64,000 nt of DNA from Dendrobates tinctorius (Eukaryota): the NCBI RefSeq assembly GCF_039654945.1, contig NW_027361690.1, positions 63,302,001 through 63,366,000 on the forward strand, given 5' to 3'. A program made the position numbers and the translations under genes. Below are positions 48,200-60,500 of this stretch, piece by piece. The notes below the pieces were generated by a model. That model made no database searches. It was not told the DNA's origin and saw only the letters and a list, made by a program, of their open reading frames with translations. Positions within the stretch are counted from its first letter, which is position 1; every line of letters starts with the position of its first letter.

Positions 48200-51000
48200 T
48201 TCTTATGCCGCTTGAACCGTGAACGATAATGAATGGAACATTAAACTAACATTGAAATACAGTCAAACTTCACTGGATTTTCTAGATTTATTAATTTCAA
48301 AATCAGCCACCGGATCAATTGAAACCGTTATTTTTCGCAAAACTACTGCGACTAATGCACTATTACATTTTTCATCTTCCCTTCCGCCTAAATTAAAAAG
48401 TTCCATTCCAGTCGGTCAATATCTGCGTGCCCGTCAAATTTTTTCAGATGACACCACGTTTGCCAAACAGGCTAAAGAGCTTTCTGGTTGCTTCAAAAAT
48501 AGGGGTTACCTTAATAGGGATATCGCGAGAGGCTATACCCGCGCATTGAATTCTGAGAGATCAGCCTTGCTGACCTCTGCTTCCAGGAACAGGAACAGAA
48601 AAATTGAGAACCCTATTCCTAGGTTTATTACCAAATTTAATTGTAACTGGAAAGAGATAAATAGAATTTTGAGGCAGCATTGGTCGGTCCTGTTAACCGA
48701 TAAAGATCTAAGGCAACAACTGACACCATATCCAGCTGTCACGTGGCGTAGATCATGCAACATGAGTGACATTTTGTGCAATAGCCACTATATACCTCCT
48801 AAAACTAATCCTTTTGCTACTGTCAGGAAGGGCCCCCTTTGGGGTTGCTTCCCCTGTGGTGACTGCTCTGCCTGTCCATATATCTCTAGGACCAAAGAAT
48901 TCTCTAACTTCGGAAATAAAGTCTATAAACTTGTCCACCACATTACATGCAACACGGAGGCAATAGTCTATCATGCCAGCTGCCCTTTTGGCCGCATCTT
49001 TACTGGCATGACTACTCGAACTCTCAAAGTCCGTGTGCAAGAACATGTGCAAAACATCAAAAATGCGGCTAATTGTTCCGATCCAGGTTCTTTGAAAACG
49101 ATCCCTAAACACTTTTTTGAAACCCATCACAGTAATCCTAAGGGGTTTACTGTTTGTGGAATTGATCACAATTATATGGGCATCCGTGGGAGAAAAAACT
49201 TCTGCAAAAAAAAAAAACCCGCTGGATGGTCATATTGGATTCTCTTATGCCAAATGGCCTTAATGAGGCCATCAGCTTCAAGTCTTTTCTTTGATTATTT
49301 TTTGTATTTGTTTGTTATTTTATGTTGGCAGTGCTATATAGGTTTTATACTTATTTCCTTTTTTCCTCTTTTCTCATTCAGTAGATATTGATATACTATT
49401 ACCATTTGTATGCTGTTCATATGGGTTTCTTCACCTCTTTGGATTTGATCCCTATCATTAGACTACAAATCACCTTTTCAGCATACTATTGACCTTGATC
49501 CAACTGGCAGTTGTGTTTTGGCTTTGAAAGACTTTATATCGTCTTGTCTCTGGATATTGTGGACATAATTACAATAATATATTCGGCATTTTTGTAATAA
49601 CCTTACTTTGGTATAGTAAATGAATCTTTGTCATTAATGTGCTCATCAATATTTTTATTATGTAATTTTATCCTATCTGGGCTAAAACCCATGAATTTAT
49701 ATAACTATATGATATTGGTTTTCTATCAGCCTTTATCTAGGCCGTTAGGCACATTAGTTATCTTTACCTGTCCTGATGTCCATGCAGCATTTGTTATTTA
49801 TACTCAGTACATCTCTATTTGATTTATTATGAAACATTTTCTGAGTTCTAGTCCTTATACAGTTATCATGCTGTTATGTTATGGTTTATATATAATTCTG
49901 TCTTTCATGTCTTGGATTGTATTTTTCTCCACTCTCTCCTAGCCATATATGACACCTACAATATATACATAACTGTTGTACCAGGTTGCCTTGGCGACTG
50001 GGGGCGGTACGAGAAGAGAGATAAATAACATCCGTCAGTGTTTTTCCATATGATTTATAGATGTTATTTATATATGCTCATTTGATATTTGTCATTTATA
50101 TACTTTGATTAATGTGCCGCGCCGTTATTATGGCGCTGCAATTTGCTAGCTTTGCCATTGAGATGATGAGTGACGTATTTTCTTTTCATTATCCACCACG
50201 GGCACTACTTCACTCCACTATGGGGTGGCGCCTTACGCTGAGACATAGCTAGATTTATATATCCGGCTGTGATGCCTGCTTGGGTCTTTCTGCGCAGACG
50301 CGACTCGCGCATGTGCTGTGCCGTGGCCGTGGCTTTGTGTGCTGGTGGCATTGCCGTGGTGATGGCAAGAGATGAAGCACGTCCTCCTTCCCATCATTGA
50401 TTGCGGGCGTGGGCGCACTCTGCCAGGGGGCGGTGCATCACTCCTAGTTACGCGCCGATTCATGGATGTACCTCTTCTTCCCGCTGTCTTTCATTGTTAA
50501 CCACGCCTCCTGACAAAGCCGGGTGCGGTGAAACGCGTGTCGAGGATCTCGTACATCTCCCCTATGCTCCTGCACTGGCAACTACAGTATGTCTCAAGGT
50601 AATGTGCAGACCAGTCTTATTATAACTCTACTTGGTTGACACACTGCATTTGCACTTTATTTTTGGATATCTTTCTGGGACTGCTAACCATGAAATTCAT
50701 ATAGACTCTAGCCACTTATTAAATATGCAGCACTATTGGGGAATGCGTATTTCTTTTGTATTATTTTACCATCATATATACTACCTATATGTTTGGCTAA
50801 CTTTCTCTGAATACCCTGTCTATTTTAGATTAATGATGCAATAAAATTGACTATTTTACTAAAACGACCCCTATTTTCTTTTTCCTTCATTTTTTATTAT
50901 TATGCTAATTTAATTGAAATTGTAGTGAATCTACTAGGACCTTTTACATCTAGGTTCTATTTTTCTTTTTTCTTTGGTTATTATACACTGGCTTAGGGGT
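48200..51000 (+). mobile_element. Second Penelope-like element (Neptune type), 5'-truncated: RT thumb, Cys cluster, GIY-YIG and pseudo-LTR
   Basis: ORF 48219-49391: FLDLLI, SIPVGQYLR, CFPCGDCSAC, IVYHASC..FTGMTTR..VQEH. HHR at 50506. Confidence 0.9.
50506..50545 (+). ncRNA. Hammerhead ribozyme (CpG-decayed) in Penelope pseudo-LTR
   Basis: CCUC-CUGACAA-A-GCCG GGUG CGGU-GAAAC GCGU GUC|GAGG. G8 is changed to A. Confidence 0.7.
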
Positions 51001-51887
51001 TTTGTCCCAATTGGCCATGGTGACAGCTTTGTAGGTTTAAATGTCTGCAACCAACTAACTGATGTACTCCACAAAATAGATAGAACAACATTGAAGCCAT
51101 GCCAATGCGTTGCATAACCATAAGATCTTCAAGCAGGGGAGGCAGCAGCATCTCTACTATTTCACACTGGTATTACAGGTTACCCTACTCAGCTATGTTT
51201 AATTTTCACTTGCCCATTTTAAAAACATGTCTTACTGTGTTACGCTGTTTCCATTATACCGATAGGAGTTGTGGGTCAGCAGCTCTTAGACCTTTATGTA
51301 ATTCCACCTCTAGGGTTGGTGCCTTGAAAAAGTTATTAACATTTCAACCATGAAAGACTGAGATGGAAAGAACACTTTGACAGAACCACAATGTGTAACT
51401 GATGCATGTGGTATTTTTATATCTTCCCAAGTCCTAGTTCGTTGCTTTGTACATGTCCTCTTACAGTTTTCAGATAATGTAAGTGGAGTGTATTCATTCC
51501 TATACATGTTTGTTGCCTCTGTTAATAGCTCCTGCGTTTTGTATTTTAGTTTTCTTCCAGTGTGCTTCCCCTGATGAGGTCAGTGTTGTCGCGGGGCCAG
51601 GAATTAAACACTTTCCTTTATAAGTACTTTTGATGCATCACGCATACTGCAGACTCATGCTCGCCGTCTCCCATAAATCACTTTCATGAGACACTAGTTG
51701 CTTTCTCTCCCTGCATTGCTTTATTTAAACACAGCTATTAATTAAATTTTCAATTCTTAAAGCCAAGACCAAGCATTTATTTTTTCATTTATTTAATCAT
51801 CGCATTCAAAGCAATAAAAAGTTGTATTTTCTGCTATTTAAAAAAAAAAAGTTTGGTGGCTTGTTTTGTGTGGATGAGTCATATATA

Positions 51888-52030
51888 CAGTTGTACTCAA
51901 GTTTACATATCCCGGCAGAATTTTTGCTTTCTTGGCCTTATTTCAGAGAATATGAATGATAACACCAAAACTTTTTCTCCACTCATGGTTAGTGTTTAGG
52001 TGAAGCCATTTATTGTCAAACTACTGCATT
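51888..52030. mobile_element. Tc1-like TIR remnant
   Basis: TA-cagttgtactcaagtttacatatccc start. Confidence 0.5.
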
Positions 52031-52572
52031 TAATAAAATTTTATCATTAATTTATGTTCTCCAACAATTTTTGTAATATAAAACTGCTTCTTGCGGGATA
52101 AAAAAGCAGCGATTTTGCCATTTTTCTTCTCTTCTGTTTATCTCATGGAAAAAATAGCACTGGCTTTATTCCACAGGTGGGTAAAATTATTTTTTCATTG
52201 TCATTCCCAATTTTTTTTTTTTTTTTTGCTGATTTAACGTGTGGAAAAATAAAATTTAAATTTTACAGATCAGTACAAAAATCTCTGTATTGCAAAAAGC
52301 ATATCTTTCTTATTTCTCAATGTATCTACAGTATAAAAGGTCTTTTTTGATGGATAGATGCTAGGATTTTTTGTCAAATTATAGTGTAAATTGGTTAATT
52401 TTAATTTTTTTTTTGCGTGGGGGAGAGGGTGTAAAAATCAGTTGTTTTGGCATTTTTTTTTTTTTTACATTTTTTGCTCCATGAGTTTTACAGTATAACT
52501 AATGCATTATCATTTTTCTAATGTTTATTTCAATTTTGGCAGTAGCAAATATATCTTTTTTTAGGTTGAAAG

Positions 52573-53790
52573 TAGAGATGAGATAATATTTCAATGCTCG
52601 ATTCGGATTACGATTGCCGAATTTGCAATACTCACCTATCAGTTCATTGAATATTCGCAGAACATAACCGAACGCCATTCATGTCAATGGGAGGCAAAAA
52701 CAAAACGATGCATAACACCTTATAACGGTCCCAAATGCTGCTAAAACACCTCAAATGATGGACAGACACCAGGAAAGTGGCCTCAATTCACCCACAGTAC
52801 AAATTTTAGCATGGCACTGCAGCAATTAGCCAGGCATGAGGTATCGGGGTCTAGGACAGCATTTACAGCTTTCCAATGAAAGTCACAATAAGAAGAGGTG
52901 GGTGAGGAATCAGTGTAGGCCTCCTTTGCGAGTTGCCCTGATACCACATGCAACACCTCTACCTGCTTTCATGCTGGGCCACACTCAGATGGCACAAATA
53001 TCAGTTTTGCAACCTACCATTGTAAGAAAAATTTAAGGATAGTAACATGGGTAGTTGCGTCCAAGGAAGAGGAGGCCTGATGGTCTGGGAAGCCAATTGC
53101 TACAGGCAACATCCAGGAAGGAGACCCAAACAGGAGTGTTCACATTTCCAAAAACTACTGGCAGACACCACAAAAGTGGCATCAGTTTCACCACAGTAGA
53201 AATAGTATAATAGGGACCGACAGGTCTTCCACTACACCCAATTCAGCAGGTGGACACCCAACCTGTAGTTTTAACATTTTAAAAAATGAGGGCCTGACAC
53301 CACCGAAGTGGAATAACTGTCACAAGACTAGAAATATTATAACTGGGACCGACACGTCTTCCACTACAGCTAACCCAACAGATGTAGACCAACCATGACT
53401 GCTCATATTTCCACAAATTTGTGTTATTAGCAGCAGGCACAGAAGCCACACTAAAGATATCACAGTGCAGTTATGTGACATTAAAGCATCACACTAAAAA
53501 ACGTAATATCACCTAGTCTGTACGGTCTGCGAGTGGGGTGCAAAATTCCTGGGAGATCGATGACTTTTTCATCTTAATGAAAGTTCGGCGGTCTACAGTT
53601 TCACGTGACAGCCGGCTGCACCTATCCATCAGGACACCACCAGCAGTGCTGATGACACGTTCTGAGAGAATGCTGACTGCCAGGCATGATAAAACCTCCA
53701 AGGCGTGTGAGGGGAGCTCAGGTCACACATACATTTTGGAAGGCAAAAATGTGAAAGGATCCAAACTCTTCTTGATGGTATTGATATTTA
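52573..53790 (-). mobile_element. hAT 3' remnant with dimerization domain
   Basis: tagagatgag terminus at 52573; SCLAVSILSERVISTAGG...RLS (53513-53701). Confidence 0.75.
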
Positions 53791-53794
53791 GTTC

Positions 53795-55791
53795 CCAGTA
53801 ATGCCTTGCGCCTTAGACCGGAGATGATGTCACTCTCGCGAGAGCGCAACGTCATCAGCAGTGTTTCGCGCAAAGCATTACTGGGACCGTGAGGCCGGGA
53901 GCGTAGAAGGAGATCGCGGGCCATCAGAAGGTGCGTATATAACTATTTTTTATTTTAACAGAGACCATGAAAACCAGGAAAGGGGGGTGACGGGACCATG
54001 CATACCAGGAAAGGGGGGTGAGGGTGACCATGCATACCAGCAAAGGGGGGTGAGGGTGACCATACATACCAGCAAAGGGGGGTGAGGGTGACCATGCATA
54101 CCAACAAAGGGGGGTGAGGGTGACCATGCATACCAGAAAAGGGGGGAGGGGGACCATGCATACCAGCAAAGGGGGAGGGGGGCCATGCATACCAGCAAAG
54201 GGGGGTGAGGGTGACCATGCATACCAAGAAAGGGGGTGAGGGGTACCATGCATACCAAAGGGGGGGGACCATGCATACCAGCAAAGGTGGGTGAGGGTGA
54301 CCATGCATACCAGGAAAGGGGGGTGAGGGTAACCATTCATACCAGGATAGGGGGTGAGGGTGACCATGTATACCCGGAAAGGGAGTTGAGGGGACCATGC
54401 ATACTAGGAGAGGGGGGTGAGGGTAACCATGCATACCAGGAAAGGGGGGTGAGGGTGACCATGCATACCAGGAAAGGGGGGTGAGGAGGACCATGCATAC
54501 CAGCAAAGGGGGGGAGGAGGACCATGCATACAAGCAATGGGGGGAGGGGAACCATGCATACCAGCAAAGGGGAGGAGGACCATGCATACCAGCAAAGGGG
54601 GATGAGAGTGACCATGCATACCAAGAAAGGAGGGTGAGGGTGACCATGCCTACCAGGATAGGGGGGTGAGGGTGACCATGCATACCAGGAAAGGTGGGTG
54701 AGGGGGACCATGCATACCAGGAAAGGTGGGTGAGGGGGACCATGCATACCAGGAAAGGGGGGGACCATGCATACCAGCAAAGGTGGGCGAGGGTGACCAT
54801 GCATACCAGGAAAGGGGGGTGAGGGTGACCATGCATACCAGGATAGGGGGTGAGGGTGACCATGTATACCAGGATAGGGAGGTGAGGGGACCATGCATAC
54901 CAGGAAAGGGAGGTGAGGGGACCATGCATACCAGGAAAGGGGGATGACGGGACCATGTATACCAGGAAAGGGGGGAGAGGGGGACCGTGCATTCCTGGAA
55001 AGGGGGGTGAGGGGACCATGCTTACCAGGAAAGGGAGGTGAGGGGACCATGCATGCCAGGACAGATAGGTGGGGTGACCACGCATACCAGGAAAGGGAGG
55101 GGAGGGGACCATGCATGCCAGGAAAGGGGGTGATGGGACCATGCCTACCAGGAAAGGGGGGTGAGGGGGACCATGCATACCAGGAAAGGGGGGTGAGGGG
55201 ACCATGCATGTCAGGATTGGGGCATGAGGGTACCAAGCATACCAGGAAATGGGGGTGACGGAATCATGCATACCAGGAAAGGTGGTGAGGGGGATCATGC
55301 ATATCAGGATTGGGGAGTGAGGGGACCATGCATGTCAGGATTGGGGCGTGAGGGTACCAAGCATACCTGGAAATGGGGGTGACGGAACCATGCATACCAG
55401 GAAAGGGGGTGAGGGGACCATTCATACCAGGAAAGGGGGTGAGGGGACCAAGCTTACCTGGAAAGAGGGGTGAGAGGACCATGCATACCAGGAAAGGGAG
55501 ATGAGGGGTACCATGCATATCAGGATTGGAGGGTGAGAGGAGAATGCATATCAGGATTGGGGGTGAGGGGACCATGCATATTAGGATTGGGGGGTGAGGG
55601 GACCATGCATACCAGGATGGGGGGGAGGGGTACCATGCATATCAGGATTGGGGGGGTGAGAGGACCATGCATATCAGGATTGGGGGGTGCATTATTATTT
55701 TTATTATTATTATTATTATTAATAAACTTAATAAATAAACTACATACATATTCTAGAATACCAGATGCGTTAGAATCGGGCCACCATCTAG
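53795..55791 (+). mobile_element. Non-autonomous Helitron 3' part
   Basis: Hairpin ccagat-gcgttaga-atcggg, then CTAG|T at 55791. 5' boundary uncertain. Confidence 0.6.
53960..55690 (+). repeat. G-rich minisatellite, ~30-33-bp unit
   Basis: Unit ccatgcataccaggaaaggggggtgagggtga, roughly 55 copies. Confidence 0.95.
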
Positions 55792-55799
55792 TTTTATAT

Positions 55800-56148
55800 A
55801 ACACTCCATTGTTCCGAATGGTCATGGTCAGACACATTTTCAGGCCATCCACAAATTCCTGCATTACACCAATAATGCACAGTGTCCCCCATGAGATGAC
55901 CCCAACTTTGACCGTCTGCTCAAAGTTCGGCCAGTCATCGAACACTTCAACAAAAAGTTTGCTGAAGTGTACGTGCTCCAAAGGGACATCTGCGTGGATG
56001 GGTCCTCAGTCCATTTTAAGGGAAGGCTCGGATTCCATCAGTACCTGCCCAGCAAGAGGGCCAGGTACGGAATCAAACTCTACAAACTGTGTGAGAGTAC
56101 CTCAGGGTACACCCACAGGATTAGAGTGTACGAAGGAAATGACACCAG
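55800..56148 (+). pseudogene. piggyBac (PGBD4-like) transposase fragment
   Basis: ICVDGSSVHFKGRLGFHQYLPSKRARYGIKLYKLCESTSGY. Confidence 0.85.
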
Positions 56149-56934
56149 TAGAGATGAGCGACTTTGCCTTTTTTCGGGTCGAGTCGGGTTTCATGAAACC
56201 AGACTTTCACAAAAGTCGGGTCAAACGAAATCGGCCGATTATCGTGAAAAGTCGAAGGCCAACTGAAACACGAAACCCAATGCAAGTCAATGGGGAAGAA
56301 AAGTCGGCAGTGAGTGGAGGATAGGAAACACACCTACAGTGCCCATTTTAATGCCAAAACCATCAATTCTTATTACTTAAGCTTGTCATCCTTAAGGAAT
56401 CCCTGTACTAGTCTGGACTCCTCGTTGTCCCCATCTTCCATCTCTCTGCACTTGGACTCTTTAGGCAGAGGGCATACAGACGTGATGTCATCGCGCTCTC
56501 TGACCAGAATGTCACTGTCAGGAAAGACATCACGGCGGTGGAGGAGGGAGAGGTAAGTATTTCAACTTCGCAAGTGCTGTGATCCTGAGCAAGCAGGGGG
56601 GCCCACTCATTGGTGACAGCACTGGCACAGGGACCCTCATAGTACGGCGGTGTGTCTGACGGCGTGTGGGCCCTCCCACCGGCAGAGACACTTTTGGGTA
56701 CAATGCGGGGCCCTGTGCCATCGCCCATGAGTATGCCCCCCCACCTGCACAAGCAACCTGCACTTTCATCTGCATCTTCCTCTTTGTCACCGTGTAAGGT
56801 AGTATAGTATGCGGGAAAGTTAACCTGAGTTTCATCAGGGTCAGATTCTGCCTGTGTAGAGTGCGAGGGGAATGTAGTGGTCTTGGTCAATGTACCAGCA
56901 GAATCATCTAGCAGTGGCTGGGCATCAGTGCACT

Positions 56935-57500
56935 TGAGGCGCCCCCAGGAGTACAGTCGCCACAGTGGCATTACCTTCCTCCTAGGGAGTGTGATGTCAT
57001 GCTTGGGAGCAACGAAGGATCTCTCTAGCAGTTAAACCAACACACAACACAATTCCCACTCCAGGCCAGCAGGGAGAGCTCTGAACCTGACTGCTGAGGA
57101 GCTGCTCTCTGTGGTCGGGAGGAGGGAAGTTAGGGCAGTCTGTGAAGGGAAGGGGAAGTGTGTGGATTTGAGAAGGGGAGCTTGGGGATGAGCAGAGTTA
57201 AGGCTCACTCCTAGCTGGAGCGCATGGTCCGGATTCCGGTCTCCGAGTTTGTAGGGACACTGTTGGCCCTTCAGCAGAAACCGGAGGAAGTAGCAACTGT
57301 AAATGCTTTGTTCCCAACTAAGGCTCGGAGGCCCCAGCAGCGACTTGTGTGAGCCAGAAGGAAAAGGCTACAGTTGCCTGCCATACGAGAAAGTTTCAAA
57401 AGAGAGTCAACAGGGGGAACTTCAGTGAACTCAGTACTGCGAGGACCTCAGATAAGCGCTAGAACAGAGGCCACACTACCTATCTGCAGAGACAGAATTC
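56935..57500 (+). mobile_element. Truncated LTR, family of 38507-39585
   Basis: tgaggcgcccccaggagtacagtcgccacagtggc matches the reverse complement of 39550-39585. Confidence 0.7.
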
Positions 57501-57555
57501 GTAATTTGCTTCCAGGCTGACCAACTCTTTCTCGATGTCAGATTCATCTTGGACT

Positions 57556-60500
57556 TGTGACGTCCGCCTGTGGGTCTGGGCTGCAGCCAGGCAACACCCC
57601 GAGAAACACTGATACCCTTTACCCCTATACAGGGATCTGGATTTATAGCAGAGCCCAGGAGGCGCTGTCTGAATAGGAGCAGTGACCAGAGCAGGACGGT
57701 CGCCAGAAAGGTGTTCCAATACGGGACACAAACGTGGAGATATGCAAGTCTAAACCAGTCGGGCAGCAATGGTACAAAATACGGTAGACAGAAGCAGAGT
57801 CAGATTCAGGCCAAGAGTCATAAACCAGGAGAGTAGCAGAGGTACAGAATCGTTAGGCAGAAGCAGAGTCAGATTCAGGCCAAAAGTCATAAACCAGGAG
57901 AGTAGCAGAGGTACAGAATCATTAGGCAGAAAGAGAGTCAGAAGTCCAGGCCAAAGTCAGTCAGTCAGTCAGTCATAAAGTAATTCACACAGTAACACAC
58001 AGGGGAACCAAGAATATATCCGGCGGCTTGCAAGACCAGTCCCAAGGTATTTCAGGGATCAGGTCACCCCTCATAGGTTCCTGTACTGATGATGTCATCA
58101 GTACCGCCCCCAGGACCAGGCCAGATGGAGATGCAGTAACCTCTTGATGACTGACAGAGGGGTGGAGCCTGCGTCCACCAGATGCCTGCGCCGGTGCCCT
58201 TACTCTGTCAGCACCATAACTCCCGGGCGAGCCATGGCACCTCCTAGTGACCGCGACAGGAGCAGCAGACCCAGAATTTAACGGCGACGTGACAGACCGG
58301 CGCCTCCTAGAGGCTAAAGCCGAGACAGTAGGCTCTGAGCCTGACGTGACAGAACCACGGCCCCTTCCAGTGGCCGAGGCAGGAACAGCCGTCCCTGAGT
58401 CTGACGATAAAGTGGCGGTCCGGAGCCTCCTAGTCTCCGCGACCGGAACAGCAGGCCCTAAGTCTGGCGGAAACGTGACAGTACCCCCCCTCCAAGAGGG
58501 GCCTCCGGACCCTCAAAACCCGGTTTATCAGGGTGAAGGAGGTGAAACCTTCTAATCAACCCCTTGGCATGAATGTCACTAGCGGGGACCCAGGACCTCT
58601 CCTCTGGGCCATAGCCTTTCCAATGAACTAAATATTGCACAGACTTTCTCACTAAACAGGAATCAAGGATGCCCTGGACTTCGTACTCCAAGGCACCCTT
58701 GACCAAAACTGGAGGAGGAGGGGACTGGGCAGGATGAATTGGGGAGCGGTACACCTTGAGAAGGGATTTGTGGAAAACATTAGGAATTTTAAAAGACTGA
58801 GGGAGCCTTAAACGAAAGGCTACCGGGTAAATTACATCTAATATCTCGTAGGGACCAATAAACCTGGGCCCCAGTTGGGCAGATGGCACCTTAAGCTTTA
58901 TGTTTCTGGTAGACAGCCAAACTTTGTCCCCAACTCCTAGGTGCGGCCCCGTGGACCTCCGTTTATTTGCGGCCAAAGCCTGCCTGACCTGGGACCCTTT
59001 CAAGTTTGTGTTCACCTCCGACCAGATTGTCCTTAAGTGACGTATGGAATTCTCCACTCCCGGAAGCTCCGACATCTTGGCCGAAAATGAACCAAAACGT
59101 GGGTGCAAACCATGATTGCAGAAGAACGGGGTGGTTTTGATAGATTCCTGGTACTGGTTATTTAGAGCGAACTCAGCTAATGGGAGATGTTCCGCCCAAT
59201 CAGACTGATGTTCCGAGACATAGCAGCGAAGATATTGCTCTAGAGCCTGGTTGGTACGCTCCGTTTGACCATTGGTCTCAGGGTGGTAAGCGGAGGAGAA
59301 GGATAATTCAATACCAATACGTTTGCAGAATGCTCTCCAGAATTTGGAAACAAACTGGGTACCTCGGTCGGACACGATATTCTCTGGAGTGCCATGCAGC
59401 CTTATTACATGAACAATAAACAACTTACTCAGAGTTTCTGAATTAGGTAATCCAGAGAGGGGAACGAAATGACATTGCTTACTGAACCTGTCCACCACCA
59501 CCCAGATACATGTCTTCCCCTCTGAGGGTGGTAGGTCAGTAATGAAGTCCATGGAGATGTGGGTCCATGGACTCTCTGGAGCGGGCAAGGACTGGAGCCA
59601 GCCGGCAGGCCGATTGTGAGGGGACTTGGCGCGAGCACAGATTTCACAAGCTAGTACATAATCCTTGCAGTCCTTAACTACCATTGGCCACCAAAAACTC
59701 CTAGTCACAAGTCTGGCGGTATTATTGACCCCAGGATGGCCTGCCAGGACGGAGTCGTGCGACTCCTTCAGAACTTGTAGGCGAAACGGCGCTGGAACAA
59801 ACAATTTCTGGGGGGGCGTCGAGTCAGGGGCTGGTTCTGGGGACCTACGGATCTCCTCCAGAAGGTCCAGAGACACAGCCGACACAACAATACCATTGGC
59901 CAGTATTGGAACTGGCTCCGAGTCCTCAGCCTGTGAGGGGCAGAAACTTCGAGAGAGAGCATCAGCCCTCACATTTTTGGTACCAGGACGAAAGGTTATT
60001 AAGAAATCAAACCTAGAGAAGAACAAGGCCCACCTCGCTTGTCTAGGATTTAATCTTTTAGCTGACTCCAGGTAAGTCAGATTCTTGTGATCTGTAATCA
60101 CAGTGATCTTATGTTTGGCGCCTTCGAGGAAGTGGCGCCATTCCTCGAAGGCCCATTTGATCGCCAATAACTCCCGATTACCTATATCGTAATTCTTCTC
60201 AGTGGCAGAGAATTTGCGGGAGAAAAAGGCACATGGGCGAAGCTGAGTGAGTGATGCAGTGCCTTGCGACAGCACTGCTCCCACTCCGACCTCAGAGGCG
60301 TCCACCTCTACAATAAACGGGCGGTCCAGATCAGGCTGAACCAAAACTGGGTTGGCTACAAAGCACTCTTTTAACGTAGCAAAAGCCTGAATTGCCTCAG
60401 GGTTCCAATTGGTCACGTCTGCCCCTTTTCGGGTCAAATCCGTGAGTGGTTTAGCAATTTCGGAGAAACCCCTGATGAATTTTCGGTAATAATTTGCAAA

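Noticed and set aside
51571-51610. CTGATGA followed by a possible stem
   Set aside because: No GAAA and no stems I or III, so not a hammerhead.
53924-55575. Long Pro/His/Trp-rich ORFs (up to 447 aa)
   Set aside because: They are translations of the minisatellite in several frames.
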